Assembly (NCBI GenBank): GCA_965116025.1
Contig: OZ220480.1
Coordinates: 704,001-768,000 of the forward strand
Direction of reading: 5' to 3'
DNA length: 64,000 bases
Origin: an uncultured candidatus Porisulfidus sp.
Lineage (GTDB): Bacteria; Pseudomonadota; Gammaproteobacteria; Poriferisulfidales; Poriferisulfidaceae
In this document: positions 22,667-33,134 of the stretch, one piece after another
How the letters are laid out: each line of letters opens with the position of its first letter
Position numbering within the stretch: position 1 is the first letter of the stretch
Notes under the pieces: generated by a model
Told to the model about the DNA's origin: nothing
Database searches by the model: none
Seen by the model: only the letters and a program-made list of their open reading frames with translations
Made by a program: the position numbers and the translations under genes

Positions 22667-23642
22667 TCAACTGTCATCAGGCAACCAGTCATCATCATCC
22701 ATTTCCTCAGAAATGTAGGGCGAGAAGGTTTTATGCATGGTATTCAAGTGGTTAGCTAACCACTCGTGTTGTCGTGTCCAGTCGTCTCTGTTATAGGGAT
22801 CCGCGTTGTTGAGACAGGTCTCGATTCGGCATTTTCCAGTTTCATTTTGGTGTTTCCATTCCAATTCGCCAAGTTGCTGTTCAATAACATTCTTCTCTTT
22901 TTTCAGGTGGTTGAAATATTTCTCAGAATTGGAATGATCGATGTATAAGGCAATTGAAATTTTGGAATGTTTTGGTCTCAAGGTGGCGTGTAGTCCAAAG
23001 CCTTGCTTCCCAATAGGGTATTCCCTACGGTGGTGAGGAGACGCTTTCCGTCTCCCGTGGATCGGTCCTTCAGTTTTGTCCAAGACCATGTGGAAGTTTC
23101 CCCAATACTCTTTACGAATTTTTTCTGTTTCGGACAATTCCAATTCTATTTTTTTTGCCGGATCTAGACCAATCATTGGGCTTGGAGGTGATATTAAAAT
23201 GTGGCGCGTAACGCGAATCATCTATCTGCATCAGTTCGATTTCTAGCCCAAAGAAACGACGTTCTTCACTCGTGATTTCATTTAGCCAATCAAGTGTCGC
23301 ACGATGTTCTTCTCTGAATGTTTTGGCTATCCAAATGACGGTGGTTGCCTTTCGTACAGCCGAATACGCGAGTAATTTGCCAAGATGGTCGTGGTTGGTT
23401 TGCTCCAGTTGATTTTCGATCACCACCCAAGAATCATCGGTCGTGTCTTTGCAGACAATATCCGCTCGAAAATCGCCCATAGGGTTTTCTCTTCCAACAA
23501 GCTCAAACTCAAGGTTAAGCGTTTCTGCCAGCATGTTGATACTTTTGGGGTTGGCAAGCCACTCACTAAAATGACCCTCGTTTGGCCATATGCTGCGAAG
23601 GTCGATGCCACGCTTTAGAGTGCCAAATTTCAATTCATCCAT
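22667..23642 (-). pseudogene. DUF4268-type protein with N-terminal NucS-like nuclease fold, split by a frameshift in an A8 tract
   Basis: ORFs 23112-23642 (RADIVC..VVIENQLEQTNHDHLGKLLAY) and 22667-23221 join if the T8 run at 23149-23156 (A8 on minus) loses one base. Confidence 0.75.
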
Positions 23643-23647
23643 AAATC

Positions 23648-25512
23648 CCTCGATCTCCGAGCTAATCGATTCTGACGATTTTGGGCGGTCCGGGATTTCG
23701 CGCGGGCTCGGCGGCGAGGATTCGGCGCGATTTCGGGTCGGACGCGAGCGCTCTCGGGGCGTTTTCTGACGAAAAACTCGCCCCCGCGCAGGGCTCCGCT
23801 AGCCGCGCGAGGCGGCGAGGTCAGATCGGGGTGGAAGAGCGCCGACCCGCAGGGTCAGGACGTGTCGCCCGGCGGACAGGCGCAGTGGATCCGCAGCAAC
23901 GCCCGCCTGATGAACTCCGCGTCCTTGGTCGAGAACCGCAACTCCACGTTGCGCGCGTGGCGAACGATCCGCGCCGCCAGCCGCAGGCAGCGCCGCCGCA
24001 CTCGCTTCATCCGCGCCCGCAGCCAGTTCCGCCCCAGCGCGCAGTACCGCACCGCCGAGCACAGGTTGGCCGCCAGCGCCGCCAGATGCCACCACGCCGC
24101 GTTCACGCCGAACTTCCCCGACGGCATCCGCCCGCCCGCCATGTCGCGCTTGAGCACGGAGTGGATCCGCTCTCCGCGCCCGCACCGCTCATGCGCGAAG
24201 CGGACCACGGTCGCCGCGTCCATCACGCATTTCCCCGCCCCCTCCCGCGGGGCGTTCGGATGCGGCATGTTGGTGACGTAGACGCGGAAGCGATAGGCCG
24301 GGCGCCCGCGCCCCGCCGGCAGCTCGTCGCGCCCCACGCCCAGCTCGCCCTCCAGCGCGGTTCGGGTCACGACGTAGCGAAGCAGCGGCGACCGATCCTG
24401 CCACTTCCACCGCGGCAGGAACTCCAGCTCCGCGCATTCCATTCCCGGCTTCCCCGGGACCGGCTTCCAGTCGGTCGCCCGCTCCACGCTCGCGCGCAGG
24501 CGCGCGTCCCGCGGGGCTGAGATCACGAACGGGATCGGCCCGAAGCGGCGGAACCGCTTCGGCCTTGATTTCGGATCGTTCAGGAAGCGCGTCAGCTTGC
24601 GCTGATAGCCCGCGCCGTCGGAGCGGTAGTTCACCTGAGTGATCTGCGGCGGCAGCTTCGCCAGCGTCTTCTTCAGCAGCTCCAGGTTCCGCTTCGACGC
24701 CGGGACGCTACCCGGGCGGAACTCCGTCTCCAGCACCATCTCCAGCTCCTGGCAGTAGACCACCAGCGGCTGGTAGCCCCGCTCCCCCGGAACCGCCCCG
24801 GTCGCGGCGCGGTAGGTCGGGCGCGCCTCGCGCTTGCCCGACCGGACGATGGTCGCGTCCATGTCCAGCGTCAGCTCCTTCAGGCCGCGCGCCCGGATCA
24901 GGAACTTCGCCAGCCGCCACCGCGCCTCGTGGATCAGCCCCAACGCTTGGGACGGGCGCGGGTCCGCGCTCTCCGGGTCGGCGTCCATGTCGTGGAAGCG
25001 CCGCAGCCAGTCATGCAGCGAGCTCGCCGACGGGAAGACGCGCCCGCGCCCGCCTCGAAAGCGCGCCGCCAGCTCTTCCTCCTCGACCCCCAGCAGGCCC
25101 GGCTCATGCAGGCGAACCAGCTCGCGCAGACCCTCGTTCTCCTCCAGCTCGTCCACGTCCGAGACGCATTCGTGATCCAGCCCGTTGAGCAGCAGCAGGG
25201 TCAGCAGCATCTGCCCGCTGGTCCAGCCTTGCGACGGCTCCGGCAGGGACCGCGGAAGGTCGCGCAGGATCTGGGCCTTGCCCAGCAGCTCCAGCAGCAT
25301 GATGGCGCCGCCGTCAGGGCTGACGCGGCTCATCTTGTCGTCGCCGGTGACGACGACCGGAGAGGTGAAATTCGACATATAATGAGGCTCCCGGTTGGTT
25401 GTCGTTTGGTTCACCCAATGGGTGAACGGTTTTCTATCTCCATTCTACCGGATTCCCTCGGTGGAATCGGCATCAGCCGGGACCTCCACTCCTTATAGCT
25501 CGGATATCGAGG
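23648..25512 (-). mobile_element. Intact IS1380-family insertion sequence, 1865 bp
   Basis: 17-bp terminal IRs CCTCGATCTCCGAGCTA / TAGCTCGGATATCGAGG (1 mismatch); 5-bp target duplication AAATC at 23643-23647 and 25513-25517. Confidence 0.92.
23855..25414 (-). CDS. IS1380-family DDE transposase
   Basis: LDMDAT, YQPL, FRPG, RSDGAGY, RGERIHSVLK..MPSGKF..NAAW motifs; alternative start ATG near 25378. Confidence 0.88.
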   Translation of the reverse strand: MNQTTTNREPHYMSNFTSPVVVTGDDKMSRVSPDGGAIMLLELLGKAQILRDLPRSLPEPSQGWTSGQMLLTLLLLNGLDHECVSDVDELEENEGLRELVRLHEPGLLGVEEEELAARFRGGRGRVFPSASSLHDWLRRFHDMDADPESADPRPSQALGLIHEARWRLAKFLIRARGLKELTLDMDATIVRSGKREARPTYRAATGAVPGERGYQPLVVYCQELEMVLETEFRPGSVPASKRNLELLKKTLAKLPPQITQVNYRSDGAGYQRKLTRFLNDPKSRPKRFRRFGPIPFVISAPRDARLRASVERATDWKPVPGKPGMECAELEFLPRWKWQDRSPLLRYVVTRTALEGELGVGRDELPAGRGRPAYRFRVYVTNMPHPNAPREGAGKCVMDAATVVRFAHERCGRGERIHSVLKRDMAGGRMPSGKFGVNAAWWHLAALAANLCSAVRYCALGRNWLRARMKRVRRRCLRLAARIVRHARNVELRFSTKDAEFIRRALLRIHCACPPGDTS

Positions 25513-25786
25513 AAATCCTCCGAGATTAGAATCCCCTATTTTCTAGCACTTCGGCCAATCTACCACAATTCGATTTTTCTCAATACTTTCAATCCGTGTC
25601 AGCAGTGGCACTGCTGGATAGCAAACGTGGATCAAGCCAACCCAAAATAGCAAAAGGCGGATCTGCCACACGCACCCGTACAATGAGCTTCGGCGATTAC
25701 CTCCACACCTATTGCTTCATTATTGGGCATCGCGTCCCGTGATTTGGAGCGGACTGGGTAAAATGCCTGCGAGCCAAACCTATCCC

Positions 25787-26017
25787 ATGAGCGTCACTGT
25801 CCGATTTTTCGCCAGCCTTCGCGACCGAGTCGGTCGCGACCGGATAGAAGTTGACCCAGCCGGTCTGGATTGCGTTCGGGATGTCTGGCGGGCCGTGGCC
25901 GAGCGAGAGCCGGACGCGCGGGTGCTCGCGGCGGTCAACGCCCGGCACGCGGCGCTGGACGCGAAGATCCAGGATGGCGACGAGGTCGCGTTTTTCCCTC
26001 CCGTCACCGGCGGCTGA
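25787..26017 (+). CDS. moaD: Molybdopterin synthase sulfur carrier subunit
   Basis: VRFFASLRD start and C-terminal DGDEVAFFPPVTGG. Confidence 0.9.
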   Translation: MSVTVRFFASLRDRVGRDRIEVDPAGLDCVRDVWRAVAEREPDARVLAAVNARHAALDAKIQDGDEVAFFPPVTGG

Positions 26018-26054
26018 TTCGCTGAACCCCAACGATAGATAAGGAGCCTTTCCC

Positions 26055-28067
26055 TTGAACGTTTCTCTTGACCACGCGCCACTGGCGCTCGGAATCGCCG
26101 GTCTGCTGGCGGCTTTCGTTCTGTATCGAATCATTTTGCGCTATCCCGCGGGGCATGGGCGGGTCGCCGAGATCGCCCGGGAAATCCAACGGGGCGCCAT
26201 GGCCTTCATCCGCCGCGAGTACTTGGTGATGTATCTGTTCATCGCGGTCGTCGCCATCGCCATCGCGTGGTCCGATCTGGGGGTTCACGTCATGGCCGCC
26301 TTCCTGACCGGAGCGGCCTGCTCATCGCTCGCCGGACTCATCGGCATGCACACGGCGACTCGCGCCAACGCGCGCACGGCCGTGGCCGCGAGCGCGGCTG
26401 GCGCGCCGACCGCGCTGTCCCTGGCGTTCTACGGCGGATCGATCATGGGGCTGACCATCGCCGCGGTGGGTTTGCTGGGGCTGGGCTCGCTGTATCTGAT
26501 CTACGGGCAGGACCCGGCGACCGCCCATATCATTCACGGCTTCGGCATGGGAGCCTCGTCGGTGGCGCTGTTCTCGCGCGTTGGCGGGGGCATCTACACC
26601 AAGTGCGCGGACGTGGGCGCGGACCTGGTCGGCAAGGTCGAGGCGGGGATACCAGAGGACGATCCCCGAAATCCCGGGGTGATCGCGGACAACGTTGGCG
26701 ACAACGTCGGCGATATCGCGGGCATGGGCTCCGATATTTTCGAGTCGTATTGCGGGTCGATCATAGCGACGATCGCGTTGGCCTCGACGTTGCCCTTGGC
26801 GGCGGTGGCGGACTTGGGCCCGCGGCAAACGCTGATGTTCTTGCCGCTCGCGCTGGCGTCGGCGGGCATCGCGTGCTCCATGATCGGGATCCTGCTGGTG
26901 CGTAGCCGGGTGCGTAGCCGACCGGATGCCGCCCTGCGCCTGGGCACTTTCGGCTCGGCCGTGCTGTTCATCGCGCTCGCGCACTTCATCATCGGCTGGT
27001 TCGGGCTGGCTTCCGGGATCTGGACCGCGGTGCTGGCCGGCGCGGTCGGTGGCATCGTGATCGGCTTGGTGACGGAGCATTTCACGGCGGGCGCGCCGGT
27101 GCGCCGGATCGCCAGCGCGTCGGAGACCGGCCCCGCGACGGTCATGATCCGGGGACTCGCGACGGGCATGCAGTCGGTCGCCATCCCGGTGCTCTCGATC
27201 GCCGCCATCATTTATTTCGCGCAAATGACGGCGGGACTCTACGGAGTGGGAATCGCGGCGGTGGGCATGCTGGCGACGGTCGGCATGACCATGGCGATCG
27301 ATGCCTACGGACCCGTCGCGGACAACGCGGGCGGCATCGCGGAAATGGCGGAGCTGGGAGAGGAGACCCGCAAGATCACCGACACGCTCGACGAGGTCGG
27401 CAACACGACGGCGGCTATTGGCAAAGGGTTCGCTATCGGCGCGGCGGCGCTCGCGGCGCTCGCCATCATCACGGCGTTCTTGGCGGAGGTCGCTCACGGT
27501 CAGGGCGGGACCATCGAGTTGCGGCTGAACGATCCGCTGGTGCTGGTCGGGTTGTTCATCGGGGGGACGTTCCCGTTCATCGTCGCGGCGCTCACCATGA
27601 CCGCGGTCGGCGATGCCGCGTTCGAGATGATCCAGGAAATCCGGCGGCAGTTCAAGGAAATCCCGGGGCTGCTGGAAGGCACTGGAAAGCCGGACACGAT
27701 TCGTTGCGTGGATATCGCGACCAAGGCCGCGCTGGTGCGGATGATCCCGCCCGGCGCGCTGGCCGTCATCGCGCCGGTCGTGGTCGGCTTCGGGCTCGGG
27801 CCGCAGGCGCTGGGCGGGATGCTCGGCGGCGCGTTGCTCGGTTGCGTGTTGCTGGCGTTGATGATGGCGAACGCGGGCGGCGCCTGGGACAACGCCAAGA
27901 AGCGCGTCGAGAAAGGCCATCATGGCGGGAAGGGATCCGACGCGCATCATGCCTGCGTGGTCGGCGACACGGTCGGCGACCCGTTCAAGGACACGTCCGG
28001 GCCGTCCATGAATATCCTGATCAACGTCATGGCCATCGTGAGCCTGGTGATCGCCCCGTTGTTGTGA
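26055..28067 (+). CDS. hppA: Membrane-bound ion-translocating pyrophosphatase (K+-dependent type)
   Basis: [45 protein letters not shown]; GNTTAA (Ala) signature of K+-dependent Na+/H+-PPases. Confidence 0.95.
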   Translation: MNVSLDHAPLALGIAGLLAAFVLYRIILRYPAGHGRVAEIAREIQRGAMAFIRREYLVMYLFIAVVAIAIAWSDLGVHVMAAFLTGAACSSLAGLIGMHTATRANARTAVAASAAGAPTALSLAFYGGSIMGLTIAAVGLLGLGSLYLIYGQDPATAHIIHGFGMGASSVALFSRVGGGIYTKCADVGADLVGKVEAGIPEDDPRNPGVIADNVGDNVGDIAGMGSDIFESYCGSIIATIALASTLPLAAVADLGPRQTLMFLPLALASAGIACSMIGILLVRSRVRSRPDAALRLGTFGSAVLFIALAHFIIGWFGLASGIWTAVLAGAVGGIVIGLVTEHFTAGAPVRRIASASETGPATVMIRGLATGMQSVAIPVLSIAAIIYFAQMTAGLYGVGIAAVGMLATVGMTMAIDAYGPVADNAGGIAEMAELGEETRKITDTLDEVGNTTAAIGKGFAIGAAALAALAIITAFLAEVAHGQGGTIELRLNDPLVLVGLFIGGTFPFIVAALTMTAVGDAAFEMIQEIRRQFKEIPGLLEGTGKPDTIRCVDIATKAALVRMIPPGALAVIAPVVVGFGLGPQALGGMLGGALLGCVLLALMMANAGGAWDNAKKRVEKGHHGGKGSDAHHACVVGDTVGDPFKDTSGPSMNILINVMAIVSLVIAPLL

Positions 28068-28115
28068 GGCGATCCTGATCGCGGTCCCACCCTTTAGAAT
28101 AGCGAGCGCTTTCCC

Positions 28116-28952
28116 ATGAATTCCGAACGTCTCGACCAACTGTTGCCGGAAGCGAGACGAATCGCCATGGAGGCCGGAGCGCGCGTCATGGAGATTTATC
28201 GCGCTGGCTTCAAGGTTTTCGAAAAAGCCAATGGCTCTCCGGTCACCACGGCCGATCTGGCGGCGCATCAGCACATCGTCGAGCGACTGGAAGCGCTGGA
28301 CGAGAGCCTGCCGGTATTGTCGGAGGAAAGCCCCGACCTTCCCTCTTGGGAAACCCGCCGGAACTGGGATTCCTACTGGTTGGTCGATCCTTTGGATGGC
28401 ACTCGCGAGTTGATCAGGAAGAGCGAGGAGTTCACGGTCAATATCGGCCTGATTCACCAGCGGCGGCCCGTGCTGGGCGTCGTTGGCGTTCCGGCCTCCG
28501 GCGCGCTTTACCACGCGCGTCGTGGAGGAGGCGCCTGGCGGGCGCGAGAAGAGGAGAAGCCCGTCGCCATCCACAGCCGACCCTTTCCAACCGACGGATC
28601 CTCCGTCGTCGCGATCAGCTTCAGCCATGGGCGGCCCGAAGTGCAGCATCTCCTCTCGCTACTGGGACCGCATCAGGAAAAACGGGTCGGAAGCTCGCTC
28701 AAAAGTTGCCACGTCGCCGAAGGAAGCCTGGATCTATACCCGCGCTATGGCTCGACCAGCGAATGGGACACGGCAGCCGCCCAATGCGTCGTGGAGGAGG
28801 CGGGCGGAAAAGTTGTTGACTGGCGTCTGCGCCCTCTTCGCTACAACTTGAGACCGGACATGATCAACCCTCATTTTCTGGTGATCGGCGACCCCGACCA
28901 TGATTGGGCTTCCCTGATGGACCAGTTGCCGAGAAGCGACGTAGAGGCTTGA
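28116..28952 (+). CDS. cysQ: 3'(2'),5'-bisphosphate nucleotidase
   Basis: [34 protein letters not shown]. Confidence 0.92.
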   Translation: MNSERLDQLLPEARRIAMEAGARVMEIYRAGFKVFEKANGSPVTTADLAAHQHIVERLEALDESLPVLSEESPDLPSWETRRNWDSYWLVDPLDGTRELIRKSEEFTVNIGLIHQRRPVLGVVGVPASGALYHARRGGGAWRAREEEKPVAIHSRPFPTDGSSVVAISFSHGRPEVQHLLSLLGPHQEKRVGSSLKSCHVAEGSLDLYPRYGSTSEWDTAAAQCVVEEAGGKVVDWRLRPLRYNLRPDMINPHFLVIGDPDHDWASLMDQLPRSDVEA

Positions 28953-29104
28953 TCCCTCGATTCGCGTCACCGGCGACCTGGTCAGTTTCATGGTTTAGCT
29001 GCCATCCTGCGACCATCCTCGCGCTGGCTGGGCTACAATGCCGCCCGATCACGAGCGGAATAGGGAAACGACGTGGAGAAGATAAAACGAAGGAGGGATT
29101 CCTG

Positions 29105-30856
29105 ATGGAAGCGAACAAAGACGAAAAAGGCCACTTGCGTTTGGTCGTTTGCGGGTCACCCGACGCGGGCGAGTCGACCCTGATCGAACGCTTGTCCCGC
29201 GACGCTAATGGTGCTGGCGGAACCCAAGGAGACGAGTCCGAGGGGGGGGTCGTTCGTCACCATTTCGAGACCGACAAGCGCGCGTTCACCGCGTTCGCCG
29301 CGCCGGAACGGAAGCGGTCCGCGCTCGCCACAGCTCTGGGAGCCTCGAAATCCGACATCGCGCTAATTCTGGTCGATGCGCGAAAAGGAGTCCAGACCGA
29401 GACTCGTCAATATAGCCATATCGTTTCGCTCATGGGCGTTCGCCGAGCGGTCCTCGCGGTCAACAAGATGGATCTGGTCGATCACGACGAGGGCGCGTTC
29501 ACGGATATCGCGCGGGAATACCGGTCCGCCGCGGAGGAGAAGGGATTCGAGGAGGTCATCGCGGTGCCGATCTCCGCGTTGGCGGACGAGAACGTCCATG
29601 CCTCCAGCGACAGCATGCCGTGGTACGACGGCCCGACCTTGCTGGAACTCCTGGAGACGGTCGAGGTCGGGCAGGACCCGATGGCCGACGCGTTTCGCAT
29701 GCCGATTCAACAAGCCGGTCCGCGTTCCACCTCCCGGAGTTTTAGCGGCGTGGTGGCTTCTGGACTCGTCGAGCGGGGCATGGCCGTCGTCGCCGGCCTG
29801 TCGGGCAAGCGGTCGACGGTCGAGCGCGTCGTTGGGGATTCTGGCGATCTCGACGGAGCGACGCCTGGCCAGTCGATCACGCTCACGCTCGCCGATGATA
29901 TCGACATCGGCCGCGGCGACATGATCGCGGACGCGGACCGTCCGCCGGGAGTTTCCGACCAGTTCGCGGCGCACCTGATCTGGCTGGACTCGCGGCCCAT
30001 GCTACCCCAGCGATCCTACGCCATCCGCCTCTCCGGCGCCTCGGGAATCGCCCGGATCACCGATCTGGTCCATCAAGTCGACGCTCACTCACGGGAACGG
30101 CTAGCGACCAGCACGCTCGGCCTGAATGAGGTCGGTTACTGCAAACTCTCGCTGGACCACGCCGTGCCGTTCGATCCCTATCCGGAAAATCGCCAGACGG
30201 GCGCCTTCACGCTGATCGACAGATCCACCAATGACGCCGTCGGCATGGGCGTGATCGATTTCGCGCTACGCCGCGCCAGCAACATCGCGTGGCACGCGAT
30301 GAAGATCGACAAGGCGGCGCGTTCGCGCGCCACCGGCCAGTTGCCCCGCGTTCTCTGGATGACCGGGCTGTCGGGGGCGGGCAAGTCGACCATCGCCGAC
30401 AGCCTGGAACAGAAGTTGCAGGCGATGGGAAGGTACACCTATCTCTTGGACGGCGACAACGTCCGGCATGGGCTGAACAAGGATCTAGGTTTTACCGAGA
30501 AGGATCGGGTGGAGAACATCCGCCGGATCGCGGAGGTTGGCAAGCTTATGGTGGACGCTGGGCTGATCGTGATCGTTTCCTTCATCTCGCCATTTCGTGC
30601 CGAGCGCGAGATGGCCCGCGCTTTGGTGCAGGAGGGCGAGTTCGTCGAGATCCATGTGGACACGCCGCTGGAAGTTTGCGAAGAGCGCGACCCGAAGAAG
30701 TTGTACGCCAAGGCCCGAAAGGGCGAGTTGGCGAATTTCACGGGCATCGACTCGCCCTACGAGCCGCCGCGAAACCCGGAATTGCGCATCGACACGACGA
30801 AACTGTCGCCCAACGATGCGGCGGACGAGGTGGTTCGGTTTCTGCAGGGCGCATGA
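29105..30856 (+). CDS. cysNC: CysN/CysC fusion: degenerate CysN GTPase domains plus intact adenylylsulfate kinase
   Basis: APS kinase motifs [32 protein letters not shown]; N-terminal CysN-like part keeps DARKG and NKMD but G1-G3 are broken; ATG 29105 after a GGAGG SD. Confidence 0.88.
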   Translation: MEANKDEKGHLRLVVCGSPDAGESTLIERLSRDANGAGGTQGDESEGGVVRHHFETDKRAFTAFAAPERKRSALATALGASKSDIALILVDARKGVQTETRQYSHIVSLMGVRRAVLAVNKMDLVDHDEGAFTDIAREYRSAAEEKGFEEVIAVPISALADENVHASSDSMPWYDGPTLLELLETVEVGQDPMADAFRMPIQQAGPRSTSRSFSGVVASGLVERGMAVVAGLSGKRSTVERVVGDSGDLDGATPGQSITLTLADDIDIGRGDMIADADRPPGVSDQFAAHLIWLDSRPMLPQRSYAIRLSGASGIARITDLVHQVDAHSRERLATSTLGLNEVGYCKLSLDHAVPFDPYPENRQTGAFTLIDRSTNDAVGMGVIDFALRRASNIAWHAMKIDKAARSRATGQLPRVLWMTGLSGAGKSTIADSLEQKLQAMGRYTYLLDGDNVRHGLNKDLGFTEKDRVENIRRIAEVGKLMVDAGLIVIVSFISPFRAEREMARALVQEGEFVEIHVDTPLEVCEERDPKKLYAKARKGELANFTGIDSPYEPPRNPELRIDTTKLSPNDAADEVVRFLQGA

Positions 30857-30940
30857 GCGAACGGCGGGCGGCTTTTTCCCGCTTCCTTGGTAACGGTTGT
30901 CTTTGCCTGACTGGTGGCGCCGTGGTAAAGGCGCTTCGAG

Positions 30941-33040
30941 TTATCGCCCCGGGGCGGCCGCCTCAATCGTCTTTTCGCCAGGCTTCGGCCGCCTTCGCGC
31001 CAACTTAAGCTGAAACTTCTTCGTCAGCGAGGGCACTCCGTCGAAGATGAACTTCATCTCGTAGTCGGGTGGGTCCATTTCCACGTCGAAATAATGCAGA
31101 ATCGTCGCGAGCGAGAATGTCAGGTGCGCGTTGGCGATGACGCTGCCCAAGCAACGGTGGGTGCCGAATCCAAAAGGCATGTAGACGCCGGGCGCCTCGT
31201 GCTCGGCGCGTTCTGGAAGGTATCGGTCGATGTCGAAGCGGTCCGGGTCCGGGTAGAACTCCGGTAGGTAGTGCGGCACGGTGGTCGGCAGAAAGAGGCG
31301 GGTTCCGGCGGGAATGCTGTAGCCCCCGAATTCGAATCTGTTCACCGCGGACCGGAACACCGAGCCGAAAGGGTCGTACATCCGCAAGGTCTCGAGCACG
31401 GTTCGATTGGTTACGTCCAGCGCCGCTATCTTCTCGGCATCCGGCTCTCCGCTCGCGTAGAGCTCGTCCGCCTCGGCGCGGACCCGTCGCATCACGTCTG
31501 GGTGCTTGAGCAGCAGGCACATGGCGGACGTTCCGGTGCTGGCGGTGGTATGCAGACCGGAGAAGATCGGTCCCAGGCAGGACACCCTGAGCTCGCGTTC
31601 GGGAAGGAACTGGGGATTGGACCGGTGTAAGGCGAGCATCGCGTCGACCACGTCCTCTTGGCCCTCCTCGCTTTCTTTTTCCAGTCGCTCGCGCAGCATG
31701 TCGGCGAAGACGTTGAAAAAGCCGGTCTTCGCCCGCATCGTCGCGGGGGTGCGCATCATGAACTTCGGCAGCACCCTGAGCACCGTCGCCGCGATCATTC
31801 GGCGCATGAAGAAGTCCATGTCGTCGACTTCTTTGGTGGAAAGCCTGTAGCCGGTGCATGCCAGTCCGATCGACTTGGCCGTTAACTGGCTGAAGGCCCG
31901 GATGGTGACCGTCTTTCCGCTCTCCGGGAATTGCGCGAGGATGATATCCCGGATTTCCGGCAATCGGCCCAAGAATCGCTCGCCCGAAAATCCTGAGGAG
32001 ATCGCCCGGCGGAGGCTGAAATGCTCCTCGCCGTCCATGCTCAGGATGATTCGCTGGGCGTCCATGCCCCCGAATAGGGGCGTGTAGGTGTCGTGGCTGC
32101 GAAACAGGGACCGGCCGTTCTTCTGGCAGAACAGATTGGCCTCCGGTCCCGCCAGAACGGTGAGGTCGCTCGCTAGGTCGCGGACCCGGAAGACGGGACC
32201 CAGCGATCGATAGTACTCCGCGAGCGCCTTGGTTGGGATCGGTCGCAATCTTAGCGAATGCCCGATCAGCGGTAGCGCCCCGGGCGCCATCGGCGGCTGC
32301 TTGCGGTGGATCCCGGAAGCTGGCTCCAGGAAGGATTTTCGTAGCGTCTGGTCGCTGGTTCCCGATGATCGGACGGAGAGAATCGCGCTGTGGATCGATT
32401 GCCCGATGATATCGAGGTTCCGCACGAGGTCGATGCGCTCGCGACGTTCCGCGAGCTCTTGCTTCGCGAGAATGTGCTCGAAGATTCCGCAGGCGTCGAC
32501 CAGGGCGATGAGCGCGATCTCGTCCGGGCTCGGAATGTCTTCGCTGAAGATGACGTTCATCACCCGCAACGTCACGTCCTGGCCCTCGGACGCGGGGAGG
32601 CCGGGATACCGTCGGGTCAAGCTCACCTGCTTGTCGAGGTAGACCCCCCCTCCGGGCTCGGAGCCGAAGATTCCTCTGCGCACGAGACGCTCGGCGGCGC
32701 GCCGCCGAGTCCGATTGACTATCTCTGGCGCGGCGAGCCGCTCGATCCAGTAGACGGTGTCGGCCTTGTCGTCGGCCGTCGAGATGATCGAGAGAGGGGG
32801 GTCGAGAATGTCGTCCCCCAGCGGGGTCGAATCGATGACCACGAGGCTTTCGAGGTCGGTGTCGACGCGACGCTCCTTCGCCAGATCCATCAGCACCGCG
32901 CCGGCGAAGGCGTGCCTCATGTTGCGGTCGTCAATATGGATGAGACCGCCCTGCTTCCGATCCAGCAGAAGAACGTGAAGCTCTTCCACCAGCAACAAAG
33001 GCTTCTCGGTCTCCGGCCGCGACGGGTCCGTATTGCTCAT
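30941..33040 (-). CDS. Cytochrome P450 with N-terminal GPP34/GOLPH3-like domain
   Basis: P450: PPMAPGALPLIGH, SGLHTTA (I-helix), ETLR, FDIDRY, PFGFGTHRCLG. First ~225 aa (LVEELHVLLLD..AGAVLMDLA..RV..TPLGDDILD..LVRRGI) resemble GPP34 (PF05719). Confidence 0.85.
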   Translation of the reverse strand: MSNTDPSRPETEKPLLLVEELHVLLLDRKQGGLIHIDDRNMRHAFAGAVLMDLAKERRVDTDLESLVVIDSTPLGDDILDPPLSIISTADDKADTVYWIERLAAPEIVNRTRRRAAERLVRRGIFGSEPGGGVYLDKQVSLTRRYPGLPASEGQDVTLRVMNVIFSEDIPSPDEIALIALVDACGIFEHILAKQELAERRERIDLVRNLDIIGQSIHSAILSVRSSGTSDQTLRKSFLEPASGIHRKQPPMAPGALPLIGHSLRLRPIPTKALAEYYRSLGPVFRVRDLASDLTVLAGPEANLFCQKNGRSLFRSHDTYTPLFGGMDAQRIILSMDGEEHFSLRRAISSGFSGERFLGRLPEIRDIILAQFPESGKTVTIRAFSQLTAKSIGLACTGYRLSTKEVDDMDFFMRRMIAATVLRVLPKFMMRTPATMRAKTGFFNVFADMLRERLEKESEEGQEDVVDAMLALHRSNPQFLPERELRVSCLGPIFSGLHTTASTGTSAMCLLLKHPDVMRRVRAEADELYASGEPDAEKIAALDVTNRTVLETLRMYDPFGSVFRSAVNRFEFGGYSIPAGTRLFLPTTVPHYLPEFYPDPDRFDIDRYLPERAEHEAPGVYMPFGFGTHRCLGSVIANAHLTFSLATILHYFDVEMDPPDYEMKFIFDGVPSLTKKFQLKLARRRPKPGEKTIEAAAPGR

Positions 33041-33134
33041 GCGCTTCTCACCTCGCCCGAAAATTCTAACGCATCACGCGTCGCTCGATAGGTTGGGACG
33101 GCTGACTTGACGATCCCGGCGAGGCGCCGGCGGG

